A model generated the notes under the pieces. It did not search any database, was not told where the DNA came from, and saw nothing but the letters and a program-made list of their open reading frames with translations. A stretch of 64,000 nucleotides of DNA from Camelus dromedarius (Eukaryota): positions 6,758,001-6,822,000 of the forward strand of contig NC_087458.1 of NCBI RefSeq assembly GCF_036321535.1, given 5' to 3'. Shown here in pieces: positions 18,748-30,476 of the stretch. Each line of letters begins with the position of its first letter. The first letter of the stretch is position 1. Both the position numbers and the translations under genes were made by a program.

Positions 18748-19789
18748 TAAGCCTTGAGGTCAAAAGTTCTAAATGTCTAAAGGGGAAGCAGAAAAATCAG
18801 CACTGAAAGGACTTGGGATCCAGGGTGCAGACCCGGGGTGGAAGGAGGTTGTCCTAGATAGAGCCGAGACTGAAAGCCAGGTTTCCTGACTCACTGGTGC
18901 CTGGGTGGGGAGGGTGGAGGGTGGAAAGGCCAGGTTCCTCCCAGCTTGTAGATAGGGAGGAGTCCAGTTTGGGTGGGGTCTTCTGGGAGGCCTGCATGTA
19001 AGGATGGGAACCCAAATAGAAGACCTGGTCTGGCCAGCTTCCTGCCTCTAAAGATCTTGGGGAAAGCACTGGGCTGACATGAGTCCCCAGCTCACAGAGG
19101 AAGTCAGCCCCCTCTCTTCCAGCTCACACACAAAGCTGCAAGAGAAAGCTGCCTGTGTGGCCACACAGGTCCCTCAGGCTTATGACAGTGCACAGGACAC
19201 AAAGCCAGAATGAGCAGAATTGACTCTTCACTTCCCCTTGGCAACCACCAACACATACTCTCCTGAATCACTCCCAGTGATAGGTACACACCAGCCCCCT
19301 GCATTGTCTTGCTCCTGCTTACTGACAGACCTACTCCCAGCCCCCCATGACCTCAGAGCCAGCCAGGCTTGTTCAAAGTGTCTCTGGGGTCTCTACCCAG
19401 AATTCCCTGGGATCTCTACCCAGAATTCCCTGGCCCGTCTTGGGATCCAGTTATTGCCCCTCCCCTTTCTCTCCTGGGACACTGGCCTGGAAGTCATGTC
19501 TGCTGCCCTCCCCCACATTCAGGGACCAGATCTTATTCCGACATCTTAGTTTACTCCTTTTTCTCTGGACTTATTTTCTTTCTTTCTTTGTTTTTTTGTT
19601 TTTTGGTCAAAGTTATATATGCCTAGAGTAAAGAATTCTGGTAGTAAAAAGTATCTCCCTCCCCCACACCAACCCCCAACCCCCCAGCTGTCCTCCATGG
19701 AGGTAACCATGGTGACCAGTTTCTTGGATAGCATTCCAGAGATAGTCTATGCATATACTGCATCTTCATTGATTCATTCATTTTTTTTC

Positions 19790-20185
19790 AGTTTTTAAAT
19801 TTGATTTACCATATTACTTTAGTTTCAGGTGTATAACATAGTGATTCAAAATTTTTATAAATTATGTTACAGTTAAAGTTCTTACAAAAGATTGGATATA
19901 TTCCCTGTGCTATAAAATATACCCCTATAGCTTATTTATTTTATACATAGTAGTTTGTACCTCTTAATCCCCTACCTCTATTTTACCCCTCCCCCTTCCC
20001 TCTCCACTAGTAACCACTTGTTTGTTCTCTAGATCTGTAAGCCTGTTTCTGTTTTGTTATATTCATTCATTTGTTTTATTTTTTAGATTCCACATATAAG
20101 TGATAACATACAGTATTTATCTTTATCTGACTTATTTCACTAAGCATAATACCCTCCAGTTACATCTATATTGTTGGAAATGGCA
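19790..20185 (-). mobile_element. L1 3' end
   Basis: Poly-T, then TTAGTTTCAGGTGTATAACATAGTGATTC...GATTCCACATATAAGTGATAACATACAGTATTT...CTGACTTATTTCACTAAGCATAATACCCTCCAG. Confidence 0.85.
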
Positions 20186-20189
20186 GTAA

Positions 20190-20760
20190 ACGTGCATTCA
20201 TTCATCCATTTAACAAAAATTACTGAGCATCTGCTGTATGCCAAACTGGCCACTTTGAATACAGCAGTGAACAAAACAGATCCCTGTAGCTGTCTATGGC
20301 CATACCACCCTGAACATGGCCAATGTCATCAAAATAGATCCCTGTATTCATGGAGCTGAAGTTCTGGTGGGTGGACACAGAAAATAAAATATAAACATAA
20401 AAAAATAAGTACATTGATGTTATTAGATGATAAGTGCTATGGGAAAAGAAAAAGTCCAGCTGGGGATGGGAGTTGGGGCAGATTATGGAGGGTCTAGGAG
20501 GCCAGGGTAAGAACTTGAGATTTTATGCTAAGCAAAATGAGGAACTATTGCAGGCAACTGAGCATGAACTCATTTTTTTTTTTTAATTTTAAAAGGCTCA
20601 CACTGGCTGCTGGGTTGAGAATAGACTTTAGGGGAGCAAGGGTAGAAGAGGAGAGACCTTTTAGGAGGTAATGTGCACAACCGGGGCCAGACACATTGGT
20701 GGCTCAGAGCAGGGTTATAGCGATCGCAGTGGTTGGAAGTGGCTTCCTTCTGCATACACT
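20190..20760. mobile_element. L2 LINE
   Basis: CATTCATTCATCCATTTAACAAAAATTACTGAGCATCTGCTGTATGCC...TTTTAAAAGGCTCACACTGGCTGCTGGGTTGAGAATAGAC. Confidence 0.65.
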
Positions 20761-22899
20761 TGTCCTTGTAGTTGGTAACATGCTCTACCCCCTATTCTGC
20801 ACCTTGCTGTTTTCTCTGAACATACCCTGTGCAGGATTCCGCTTCAGTATACCTAGAGCCTGTCCATTCTTCTAGACAGTAGCATGGTACTCTACAGTAA
20901 TCTAATTCAAGATAATTTCTCATCCCTGGCAGCCCCTCTTTAGGCATCCACAAAACACAGGTCAGTTCTCTTGCCTCATGGCACAGTAGTGAGAAGGTCC
21001 TGAATCCAACCAGACAGAGGTTAGTGGTAGTGGTAGACACAGACTTCACCTTCCCACCTGAATTTGGGGTTCCCCCTCCCCCTCATATCCTGCACCCTGC
21101 TTGGCAGCTCCAGCCCTTCCCTGACTCAAGCTCTAGCTGTCTGCCTCCTTTTCCTTTCTTAGGCCCCACTCCCACCAAGCTGGGGCAGTGTCTGAAGGTG
21201 GATCCTGGAGCCTGAGAGTTCTGAGCACAGGGGCTTTTGCCAGGGGAGGGGATGTCTGGCAAAGGCCACTGCGGAAGTGGTAGGTGGAAGAAGGCAGGGT
21301 GCTGTGGGCTGCGGCATGTGGTGGGACCAGTGCTGGGGAGCTGAAGGAGGGAGAGGAGTGAAGACTGCCAGTAGCCCCAAGAGAGTGTCAGAGATGGAAA
21401 GAGAGCCCTGAAAGTAGAAAGACTGAGGAGAAGGATGGGGAGAGTAACAAAAACCTCATATACCATTCCAAGAGCCCTTTTTAGCTACAAAGTGCTTTGA
21501 GCCTTACAAAAGTCCACTTATCCCATCTTAATGTGAAGGAACAAGCCCAGGCAGGTGAAAGGACCCCTCCAAAGTCACACACACAGCACACTGCAGTAGG
21601 GTAGTCATTCAGTGAACCCAGATTTTCTCACCTCCAATTCTGGGTTTCTCTCGATTAGCCTGCCTTCCTCTTCTGAACTGGTGCTTAGCATGGTGGCCTT
21701 AGTAGCAGTGGAGGCAGGGCCAGGCCAGCAAAATTGTGGAGGGGACTACCACCCACATTCTGCACCCACCCATGTTTCCCACTTCACCTCAGCCTGAGCT
21801 CCCCTTGTCCTTGAGCTCCCCAGCTCAGCTGGGAGGCCCAGCTAGCCCCTTTCCACGTAATCCAAGGACAGGAGATGATCCCCTGCACTACACCTCCTCA
21901 CTCCTCTAGAAAGGAAAGAGAGATGTGGCAGTTTCCCTGCAATGTTCTCTTCCCAACCAGAGAAAGCTCAGGTTTTTGAGTGTCCAAGCTACTCTCTCAG
22001 GAACTCACTGCGGGGGAGATTGGGGGAGCGGATAAAGGGAGCTCTCCAAGACAGGGAAGGATGGGTAAGATTTCATCTACCCCCTCGGCTCCCCGGGGCC
22101 CTCTAGTGACCACAATAGGTAGAGGAATGGGCAGAGTAAAATGGAGGAGACAACGCAGAGCTGGAAGTGACCCCCAAGAATAGCAGCATGAGGAGGAGGT
22201 GCGGCCTGACATCCAGGATTCCTAGCTGATTACGTTGGATATAAGACCCTCAGTGGTGTGCAGAAGACAGGTGGAGTAGAGTGGTCATGAGAAGTGGTCT
22301 GAGGAGCCGCGCACAATAAACTGGATATTACAATGATGATCTTGGCGGGGGGGGGGGGGGGTCCTACGTTTTCCCAGCAACACTGAGAGATGGGCAGAAA
22401 GAGGAGTGCGGCAGTTGTTTCTCTAGCACCAGAGAGCAGAGCACCCCTCTACCAAGGGCATAGGCTCTTATTTGCGTTCCTATTTGCATCTTGTTTGCAT
22501 ATGAGTTATTTCCCCTTCAAAGGGCAGAAGTCCTTTCTCAGTTACGCCCGGCTGTGACTTTCTACTCCAGACTCTTTGCCAGCTTTGGGGGCATACCTAC
22601 TCTTCTGGCTATTCTCTGGGCTCTCTGACCTCCGCCCCCTCAGTACCCTGCGGTCGTTAGCTCTCAGCCCTTTACCCACCGCAGCTTCGAAGCAGCGACC
22701 CGACTGCCGGCTGGGTTCGAGAAGCCGGGGGACCTGCGCCGCCTTGTGGCTGGCCCGAGGGAGGCTGAGGGCAGAGGGTTCTGTTTCGCCTTCTCTGGGA
22801 CGTGGAGTTTTGGAAAATGTTCCCCCGAGCTTCCTGAGGCTAAATTTATCTCCCCCCGCCCTGGGGGGCGCAGAGATCCAGGCGACGATTAGTGCTGCG

Positions 22900-23150
22900 C
22901 AGCAGCCGGCTCCCGCCCAGAGGCCCGGAATAGGCGCTGGGTTATAAATAGTGCCGCCCGCAGGTGTGGGGGGAGTCGGCGGGAGGGGGGCAACCCTGGC
23001 AGCCACGGCCCCTTCAGGTGGGTTGGGCGGTCGCGGTGGGGGCGCTGGGGCTGCGGTCTGAGCGCCCCCAGTGGTTTCCTGGGCGGCGGGTTTTTCGAGG
23101 GAAGCGGAGGCAGCCCTGGGAAGGGGGGGAGCGGGGAAGAGGTGGGCGCC
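22900..23150. promoter_or_regulatory. Probable ortholog of the Thpok silencer (distal regulatory element)
   Basis: About 3.1 kb upstream of the distal exon, as in mouse. Runx-type GCGGT motifs in GGGCGGTCGCGGTGGG and CTGCGGTCTGAGCGCCCCCAG. The resemblance to the mouse silencer core is from memory. Confidence 0.55.
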
Positions 23151-26143
23151 GGTCGCAGGCTGACGCTCCGCTTCCAGCTCAGCCCCCCCCCCACATTCCA
23201 AAACGGGCCCCTAGACCTACTCACTCGGGACTCCGCCCAGGCAGAGCCTTGCCTTTCTTCCCTCCAGAAGCTCTCTCTCAGCCAGGCTCTGCAAGCATCT
23301 AACTCCTCCGCAGCTGCCCGTTTGACGCACGTGGCCGGGCCAGTCCTAGCACCTGGCTGTCACTCTGAATCAGTCCCCAGCCCCAGGTGCGCAGTTCTCC
23401 CTAGAAAGGGTTAACTCCCAACCTGGGCTTTCATCCTTTTCTTCAGTCAACCACCTCACTCTCCGGGTATTTACCCATCTCCTGCTAATTTCCCCCCCAA
23501 ATTAAGGACTAGTTGGCCGCCTGACGATTGAAGTTCGAACGTGCGGATCTGGGACGCTCCCCGATCCCCAGGAGGCCGCTAGAGATCCCACACCTGCCCT
23601 CCAGTTCCCAGTTCCAGTACGGGCCTCGTGGCGGGGCAGAGGTGGTGGCAGGCCCCACGGGCCCGGCCGGGGTTTCCTGGGAGGGGGCGGGCCCCCAGTC
23701 AGCGTTTCTTGGCCGCAGCAGTCTCAGTGGTTTGGCGCGGTAAAGGCCCGGAGCTGGGGGGTAGGCGGGAATTTCAAGTCGGGGTTCCCCCCTCCGACTT
23801 CTGAGTGAGGAAGGGGGAGCTGTGTGGACCAGAAGAGAATGTGGGAGGGGGTCACTGAGGAACTGACAGGAGGTTCCAGGACTGTCGAGACTCAAGTGAG
23901 AAATGGCATTCTGGCCTTGAAAGATCCAGGCTCGGTCCAGCAAGACGCCTGGCGCGAACCCCTAAGGGGCGAGCCTCCTATTCGCTTCTCTATAACCTAA
24001 GGGCTGGTGCCAAGGCACTCTCCCTTCTATTGCCTCTGGAGGCCCTGGCTCTGTCCTCCCTGAGCCACTCCCCCCCCCCCTTTCTTCGGCCATGCCCCCC
24101 TCCACCCCGAGGCAGCCCCTCTCCATTTCACTTGTGTATCTGACACTGTCGTCTAGCCCCTAGCATAGCCCTTCCTCAGGCTAGCGCGACCCCGACGGCT
24201 GGAGAAGGAAAGGAAAAACCCTGGCCTGGACCCCACCGGCTCTGGGCCCTCACGAACCAGAATCTGTCCAGCGGGGCCGAGAAGAAAACCCGGAGCAGTG
24301 ACCAACCTCTGGACCCAAGGGGGACAGGGACGACAGGAAAATCCGGAGCGGATTACCCGAGTAGGAGCGCCCCATGCCTGCTGCTGCTACCNNNNNNNNN
24401 NNNNNNNNNNNNNNNNNNNNNNNNNNNNNNNNNNNNNNNNNNNNNNNNNNNNNNNNNNNNNNNNNNNNNNNNNNNNNNNNNNNNNNNNNNNNNNNNNNNN
24501 NNNNNNNNNNNNNNNNNNNNNNNNNNNNNNNNNNNNNNNNNNNNNNNAGGGAGGGACCGGGACTCCGCCCNNNNNNNNNNNNNNNNNNNNNNNNNNNNNN
24601 NNNNNNNNNNNNNNNNNNNNNNNNNNNNNNNNNNNNNNNNNNNNNNNNNNNNNNNNNNNNNNNNNNNNNNNNNNNNNNNNNNNNNNNNNNNNNNNNNNNN
24701 NNNNNNNNNNNNNNNNNNTGGAGAAAGCGAGTCCGACCCGGTTCGGCCCAGCCGGCCGCGGGGAGTGGAATCTGGCCCGCGGTAGCCGGATCTGAATCCG
24801 TTTTATACTACTGGAGGGGCTCTTTGGGGTACGTAGCGCCTCAGGCCCAGTTGGAAGCGTCCCACACAGACTACCTTCCTCATTTGGGGGGCACTGAAGT
24901 ACGCATCCTGACTTCCCCCAAACCCACACACAAATTCTAAAACACACAGACCACCTAGGTCTCTGAGCGAATCCAAGTCCAGAGGTCCCTCCTTCGCGGA
25001 GACTCAGTTTCTCCACTTAAGGAACGGCGGGATGGAGGCGGGGAGCAGGAGCGTGAGCGCGCCTCCCCCTCCCTCTTCGCGGACCCGGCCCCTCCCCTCC
25101 GACAATGCCAAGGCCGCAGCGGGCACCGGCTGGAGCGCAGAGGCTGCTAGCCCAGGGCGCCTTTCCCTCCCCGCGGGGCGCCGTCACGCGTGGGGAGGGA
25201 CGCAGGGTGCCGGCAGCCTCAACTCCCCCTCTCCCTCTGGGGGGGGGGGGGCGGAGGAGCTGGAGTTGATGGCCGGGTGGCTCCCTCCCCCTACCTCCCG
25301 GGGCCCTGACCTGATTATAGCCCCTCACGGGACCCCCTCCCTCAATTACCTAAGTCCCCGTCTCATCACAACCTAGCCTATCTTTAACCTCTCATACCCT
25401 TCCCTCACGAGGTGCTGACCCTACAGAAGCCCCTCTTGAAGGAGTGGGAGCCCTTGATGGGGCGGTGCTCGGCTCCTCGGCCGCTGCGGACACTGCCCCC
25501 TCCTCTTCCCCTCCTCCAGGTCTCAGGCCAGCCCCTCGCTCCGCCCCCTCCCTGGCCCAACGCAAGGCGGGACCCATTTGGGATGAGCGGGTGTTCAGGC
25601 CAATGGGTGGACAGGGCGGTGGAGTGCAGGGGGCGGGGCGGAACGGCGGCGGAGGGCTGGATGGGGGTCGGGGGCGGAGCTTGAGTTAAGGTGGACTGGG
25701 AGAGATAGGGGCTAGAAGCGAGAGAGGGAGAGGGAGGGGGAGAGGGACCGCGGCAGGTGAAGGGAGAGAGAGAGAGAAGGAAAGGAGGGAAAAGAGGAGG
25801 GTGGGAAAGGCTTGGAGAGCAAAGTAAGAGCTTGAAAGAAGAGCGAAAAAAGAGGGAGGGATCCATCTGCTCCCTGCAGAGACTGGCTGGACCAAGGGGT
25901 TGAAGTTTATGTCCTTATTGGGCGGAGGGAGGGGGGCCTGGGGGGGCGGGTGAAAAACCAGGAAGTGACAGAGGGTGTTGCTAAGGGTTGGGGGGGGAGT
26001 TTGGGGNNNNNNNNNNNNNNNNNNNNNNNNNNNNNNNNNNNNNNNNNNNNNNNNNNNNNNNNNNNNNNNNNNNNNNNNNNNNNNNNNNNNNNNNNNNNNN
26101 NNNNNNNNNNNNNNNNNNNNNNNNNNNNNNNNNNNNNNNNNNN

Positions 26144-26337
26144 NGGGGGGGGCGGGCGGCAGGAGGAGGCAGAGGGCTGCGGAGGAGGAGCCCCCCAGCA
26201 GAGAGCGGCGAGCGACTGACCGCGGCCTTCTGACCAGGACCGGAGCAGGGCCCCAAGCCCCCGGCCTGGCCGGGGACGCGCTTCTCCCCACACCCTGTGC
26301 CTCATCAGCTCCAGCCAGCGGACCCAAAGGCGGAGAG
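26144..26337 (+). other. ZBTB7B: ZBTB7B distal non-coding exon (1a); 5' end is in a gap
   Basis: CpG-rich segment ending in the strong donor GAG|GTGAGT at 26337/26338. Confidence 0.65.
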
Positions 26338-29300
26338 GTGAGTGTACCCCACTTTTGTCTCCTGGCTCAGGGTCCTCTAGACTCGAGACTACTGCAGTGT
26401 CCTTCGTCTGTCCTGTAAGTGGGACCCCCCCACACACACACACGCATGCAGACCAGATTCCCACCACTCCCCTTCCCCGTGCCTTCTCAACATCCCGGGT
26501 CTTTGGAATTGATTTTAACTGGAAGGAAAGGTAGAGAAGGAACTACGGCCGCCCCCCCATCCCGGGGCGGAGGGTCCCCAGAAACTTTCTGTGCACTTCT
26601 GGGAACAGACAGACTGGCAGCTCCGGGATGGAGAGAGGGTGAGGCGGCACTGAGCGCTCCTCCAGTCTCCTTCATGACTCTAGCGGGAGACCCCCGACCC
26701 GACCGAGTTGAGGGAATGGAAACGCTGACAGACTCTAACTAGGACAACGCTCCCCCCCCGTGCCCCCTGGCGCGGTGGGTTGGACCCGGGCCAATTGCAT
26801 GGGGGGTGGGGGGGAGCACAGGAGGAGCCGCGGCTTGGGGGAAAGTTACCGGCTGGACTATTTGGTTTCTTGCGCTTCCCGAACCGCTCTCTCTCGCTGG
26901 TAGTGGGGCTCGGCGACAACCTCCGAGCGACATAAAACGACCCCTCTCTCCGCCGCCCCTCAATCCCACTTTCTTCGTTCAGGCTCCAGTACCGCCGCCA
27001 CCTTTTCAAAGCCAGCTCCTGCCCCCAGTACCCAAGAGAACGGGTGGGTGACTGGGAAGAATTCTACCTACCACCCGTTCCCCCGCCCGCGCCGGCGCAC
27101 CTGCCCCTACGCAGAGTGGGGGTCGCTACTGTGTTGTTGTAGAACCTACTCAGAGCGCCACTAGTAGAGGGCTGCCATTCAAAGGGGTGGGGGGCGCTGC
27201 TTTCAATTTCCAGCTTTCTCTCTCCCCTCCCACCCCACCCCAAGTAAGAGAGCGACGTGTCCCGGTCAGGGCGAGGGGNNNNNNNNNNNNNNNNNNNNNN
27301 NNNNNNNNNNNNNNNNNNNNNNNNNNNNNNNNNNNNNNNNNNNNNNNNNNNNNNNNNNNNNNNNNNNNNNNNNNNNNNNNNNNNNNNNNNNNNNNNNNNN
27401 NNNNNNNNNNNNNNNNNNNNNNNNNNNNNNNNNNNNNNNNNNGGGGCGCCCNNNNNNNNNNNNNNNNNNNNNNNNNNNNNNNNNNNNNNNNNNNNNNNNN
27501 NNNNNNNNNNNNNNNNNNNNNNNNNNNNNNNNNNNNNNNNNNNNNNNNNNNNNNNNNNNNNNNNNNNNNNNNNNNNNNNNNNNNNNNNNNNNNNNNNNNG
27601 GCTTCCGGGCCAGGTGGAGGGCGTTCTTGAATTGACCCCCACCTGAATGTCTTGGAGACCCCTAGCTGCAGCTGAGAATGGGAATGAGTCAGCGCAGCTC
27701 TTCCCCCTTCCCCCAACTTATTCCTGGAGGAGGGAGACAGTTTATCAGGGGCACAGGGAGCCAGATTGGGCAGTGAGGGGTTAAACCAGGATGGGAACTC
27801 TCTGTTCCCTGAGGGTGTATGTGTGTAGTGGGGTGAGAGGTCTGGAGGATTATGGGGTTACCTCCTGTTCCCCCACACACACCAACTGGTTTGGTCACCC
27901 CTGTACCTGCCTGGCACTGCTGGGAGAGCTGGCATGGAGTGGACATCAGGTTGAGAAGGGAGAGTGGGCATATGGAGTGTTGTGCTGGGCTGGAGAGGGA
28001 TATATTTGTGACTGAGTTTGGGTGGCAGTTAGTGTTCCTTGTTAGTGGTGACTGGGGAGAAGAGCAGGGGGCTCCCCCTGGAGCAGCTGATGAAACAAGA
28101 AGAAATCTCTGTCAGTGCCTCCTGTCCTTGGCCCCCGGGACCCCAGCTCCCCCAGCGTGCCTCTGTTACATGGTTGCTGTGGGCACGATGCAGCCTGCTG
28201 GCACCCCCAGACACTGTCCCCTCCCTTGGGTACCACACCCCCAACCTTAGCACGGGGTCAGGAAGGGGTTAATACCACCAAAAGGGGCTCTGGGGAGGAA
28301 AGAAGGCAGTGCCCACTAGGCTCAGGTGTCAAGGAGAGAGGCCTGCTCTAATGGGGCACTCTCATCACTGCTCAGCTCTGGTGAAATGGACCCCAGTGAC
28401 TGGGAGACAGGTGCTGACCTCTTCCCCCTTCCCCATGGTGCCCCCTGGCACCCAGGGCCCCCAGCTCCTCCTTGGCCTACTGCCCGCCCTGGGAGGGTGC
28501 GGCGGGCAGCGGGGGCTGGGCTAACAATGCACCATCGGGCCCTTTGTGTGTTTGCACTTGGCACCCTGGGGAAGGGTGGGGGAGGGGGCCCAGCGGGCAT
28601 GGGGGGTGGAGCGCCTCTGGGGTGGGGACAGTGAAGGCTGGGGGAGAACTGGAGAGTGAAAGCAGGTGGGGAGGAAAGGGAAGTAGGTCAGATAGGGTGC
28701 TGGCCCCCCATTCCAAGCCAAGGCTGAGAGAACCAGCCCCTGATCCTATGGCTGCCCAGATGGCATCATGCTGCCTGAGGCACAACCTAGTACTGGGCAT
28801 TTGGGGTCAGGAGTCACTGCCCAAGGGACTGCTTAGATGGAGGAGGCCTGGCCTGGTACTGTCCCCTTCTTGGTGACTGAGAGACCCAGTTCTGGCCCAA
28901 GGCCAAGGTCCTAAGATGGATAGTGAATGGGCTCCCAGCAGGGCACTGCCCTCTGATAGAAGCCTCTGGGCCTGCTTCAGGGCTTCCTCCCTCTGGTCTG
29001 CTTGGTTCCCTGACCTTCTGAGAGTTAAGACTGCCCTGCCACCAGGCCTTGGGGCCTATGCCTGTTTTGGCCTAGGGCTGAAGAGGAGGGTGGGGGAGGA
29101 AGGTGGGGACAGGCAGACGGATAGGACCCTGGCATGGGGTGTGCCTGCCCTGGCCTCTTCCCCCTCCTTCTGCTGAGTAAACTCGTGAGTAAACTTGACG
29201 TTTTGCCCGGACAGTTTGAAGTTGCTCGCCGCCCCCACCCCCCCCACCCCCCAGTCCTGCCAACACACAGGCGGCCAGGCGCCAAAGCGGGCCTGGGGGA

Positions 29301-30401
29301 CTGAGGGGAAGGGGTTAGAGCTACTGTCATCCACCATCAAGGGCTTTGGAAAGGCAAGAATGACCCCCACCCAGCCACCCAGCCAGACCCAGCTCTTGGC
29401 AAGAGACTTGGCTAGGGCCTGTAAGCATCTGTCCCAGAGCCTTGGGGAGCCCAGGGAAAGTGGCCTGGAAGCAGAACCTCTGCCCACTTCTAACCTCCAC
29501 CCCCACTAAGGAAAGGCACTCAGCTGCCATCTGGCCCCCTGAGTTGCCACCTTTAATGTTCACAGTCTGCCTGGCACAAGGAGAAAGCTACCTTTAGCAA
29601 ATTCCACAGGGAGACCAGAAAGGGCTGCCCTCTTCATTCGGTCCCACAGCCTGGGGTGGGTGGGAGGCTAGTGGCCTTCCTTGGCATCTTAGCTCTCTCT
29701 TCACTGAGAGCTCCCAGTTGCTATGGCCTCAGTCCTAGAGGATGGCATCCTCATTTGCCAGCACAATTCCTTGACCTCATACCAGTGCCTAACCCCATAC
29801 ATATCTCCCTCTACCACACTGCTCATCAGGCCTGGCCCTGACCTCCCCCAATCCCTTCCTCTGTCTGCTAGCATCCCAAGACCAAGTCAGCCTTCAGAGC
29901 TTGCCAGCCAGCAAATACCTGTGCCAGATCCAAGGGTTGAGGGTGCCCCAGACAAAACAGGGCTGGTGGCAGGTAAACGGAGCCAGTGACCCCCACAAAC
30001 ACACCAATTTAGTATTTCTTGACATCACTCATTCCTCTTATGCCTCCCCAGGCCACCAGAATGGCGGGGGGAAATGCCTTCCCAGTCCCTGCCAGACCTC
30101 GGAATGGGGCTCCACCAGGCCCTTGCTTTCGACCTCGTGTCTCTGGCTTCAGTTTCCTTCCTGTTTCCACCCACCCCCCCAACTCCTCCCCACCCATATG
30201 CCCCTTTCAACAGACATCCTCTCCTCCTTCCTTCCTCCTTTCCTCCCTCTTTGCCTGGGAGCAGGGGTCCTCTCCCCCCACCATAGACCTCCTGCCTTTC
30301 ACCTCTTCTAAACAATCTCAGCTTGGAGATTCATGACCGAGTCTGCTCTGCCCTCCCCACCCCATCATCAAGGCTCTGGCGAGGAGGAGAGTACAGGGCT
30401 T

Positions 30402-30476
30402 CTCAAGGGAACTACAACTCCCAAGGTACATGCAAAGCAATTGTGGTGCACACTGGGAGTTGTAGTCCTCCTTGAG
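30402..30476. repeat. Inverted repeat of paired ACTACAACTCCCA (ZNF143/THAP11-type) motifs
   Basis: ACTACAACTCCCA (30411-30423) and its exact reverse complement (30454-30466). Outer CTCAAGG/CCTTGAG also pair. Confidence 0.85.

Larger units (their letters stand above)
22600..27650. promoter_or_regulatory. CpG-rich region over the ZBTB7B upstream and distal promoter
   Basis: Dense CpG and G/C runs with GC boxes and ETS CAGGAAGTG (~25959). Several N-gaps fall inside. Confidence 0.75.

Noticed and set aside
22542-27716. Many 100-220 aa ORFs across the ZBTB7B CpG region, several spanning N-gaps
   Set aside because: Explained by GC content and by Ns masking stops; no domain-like sequence.
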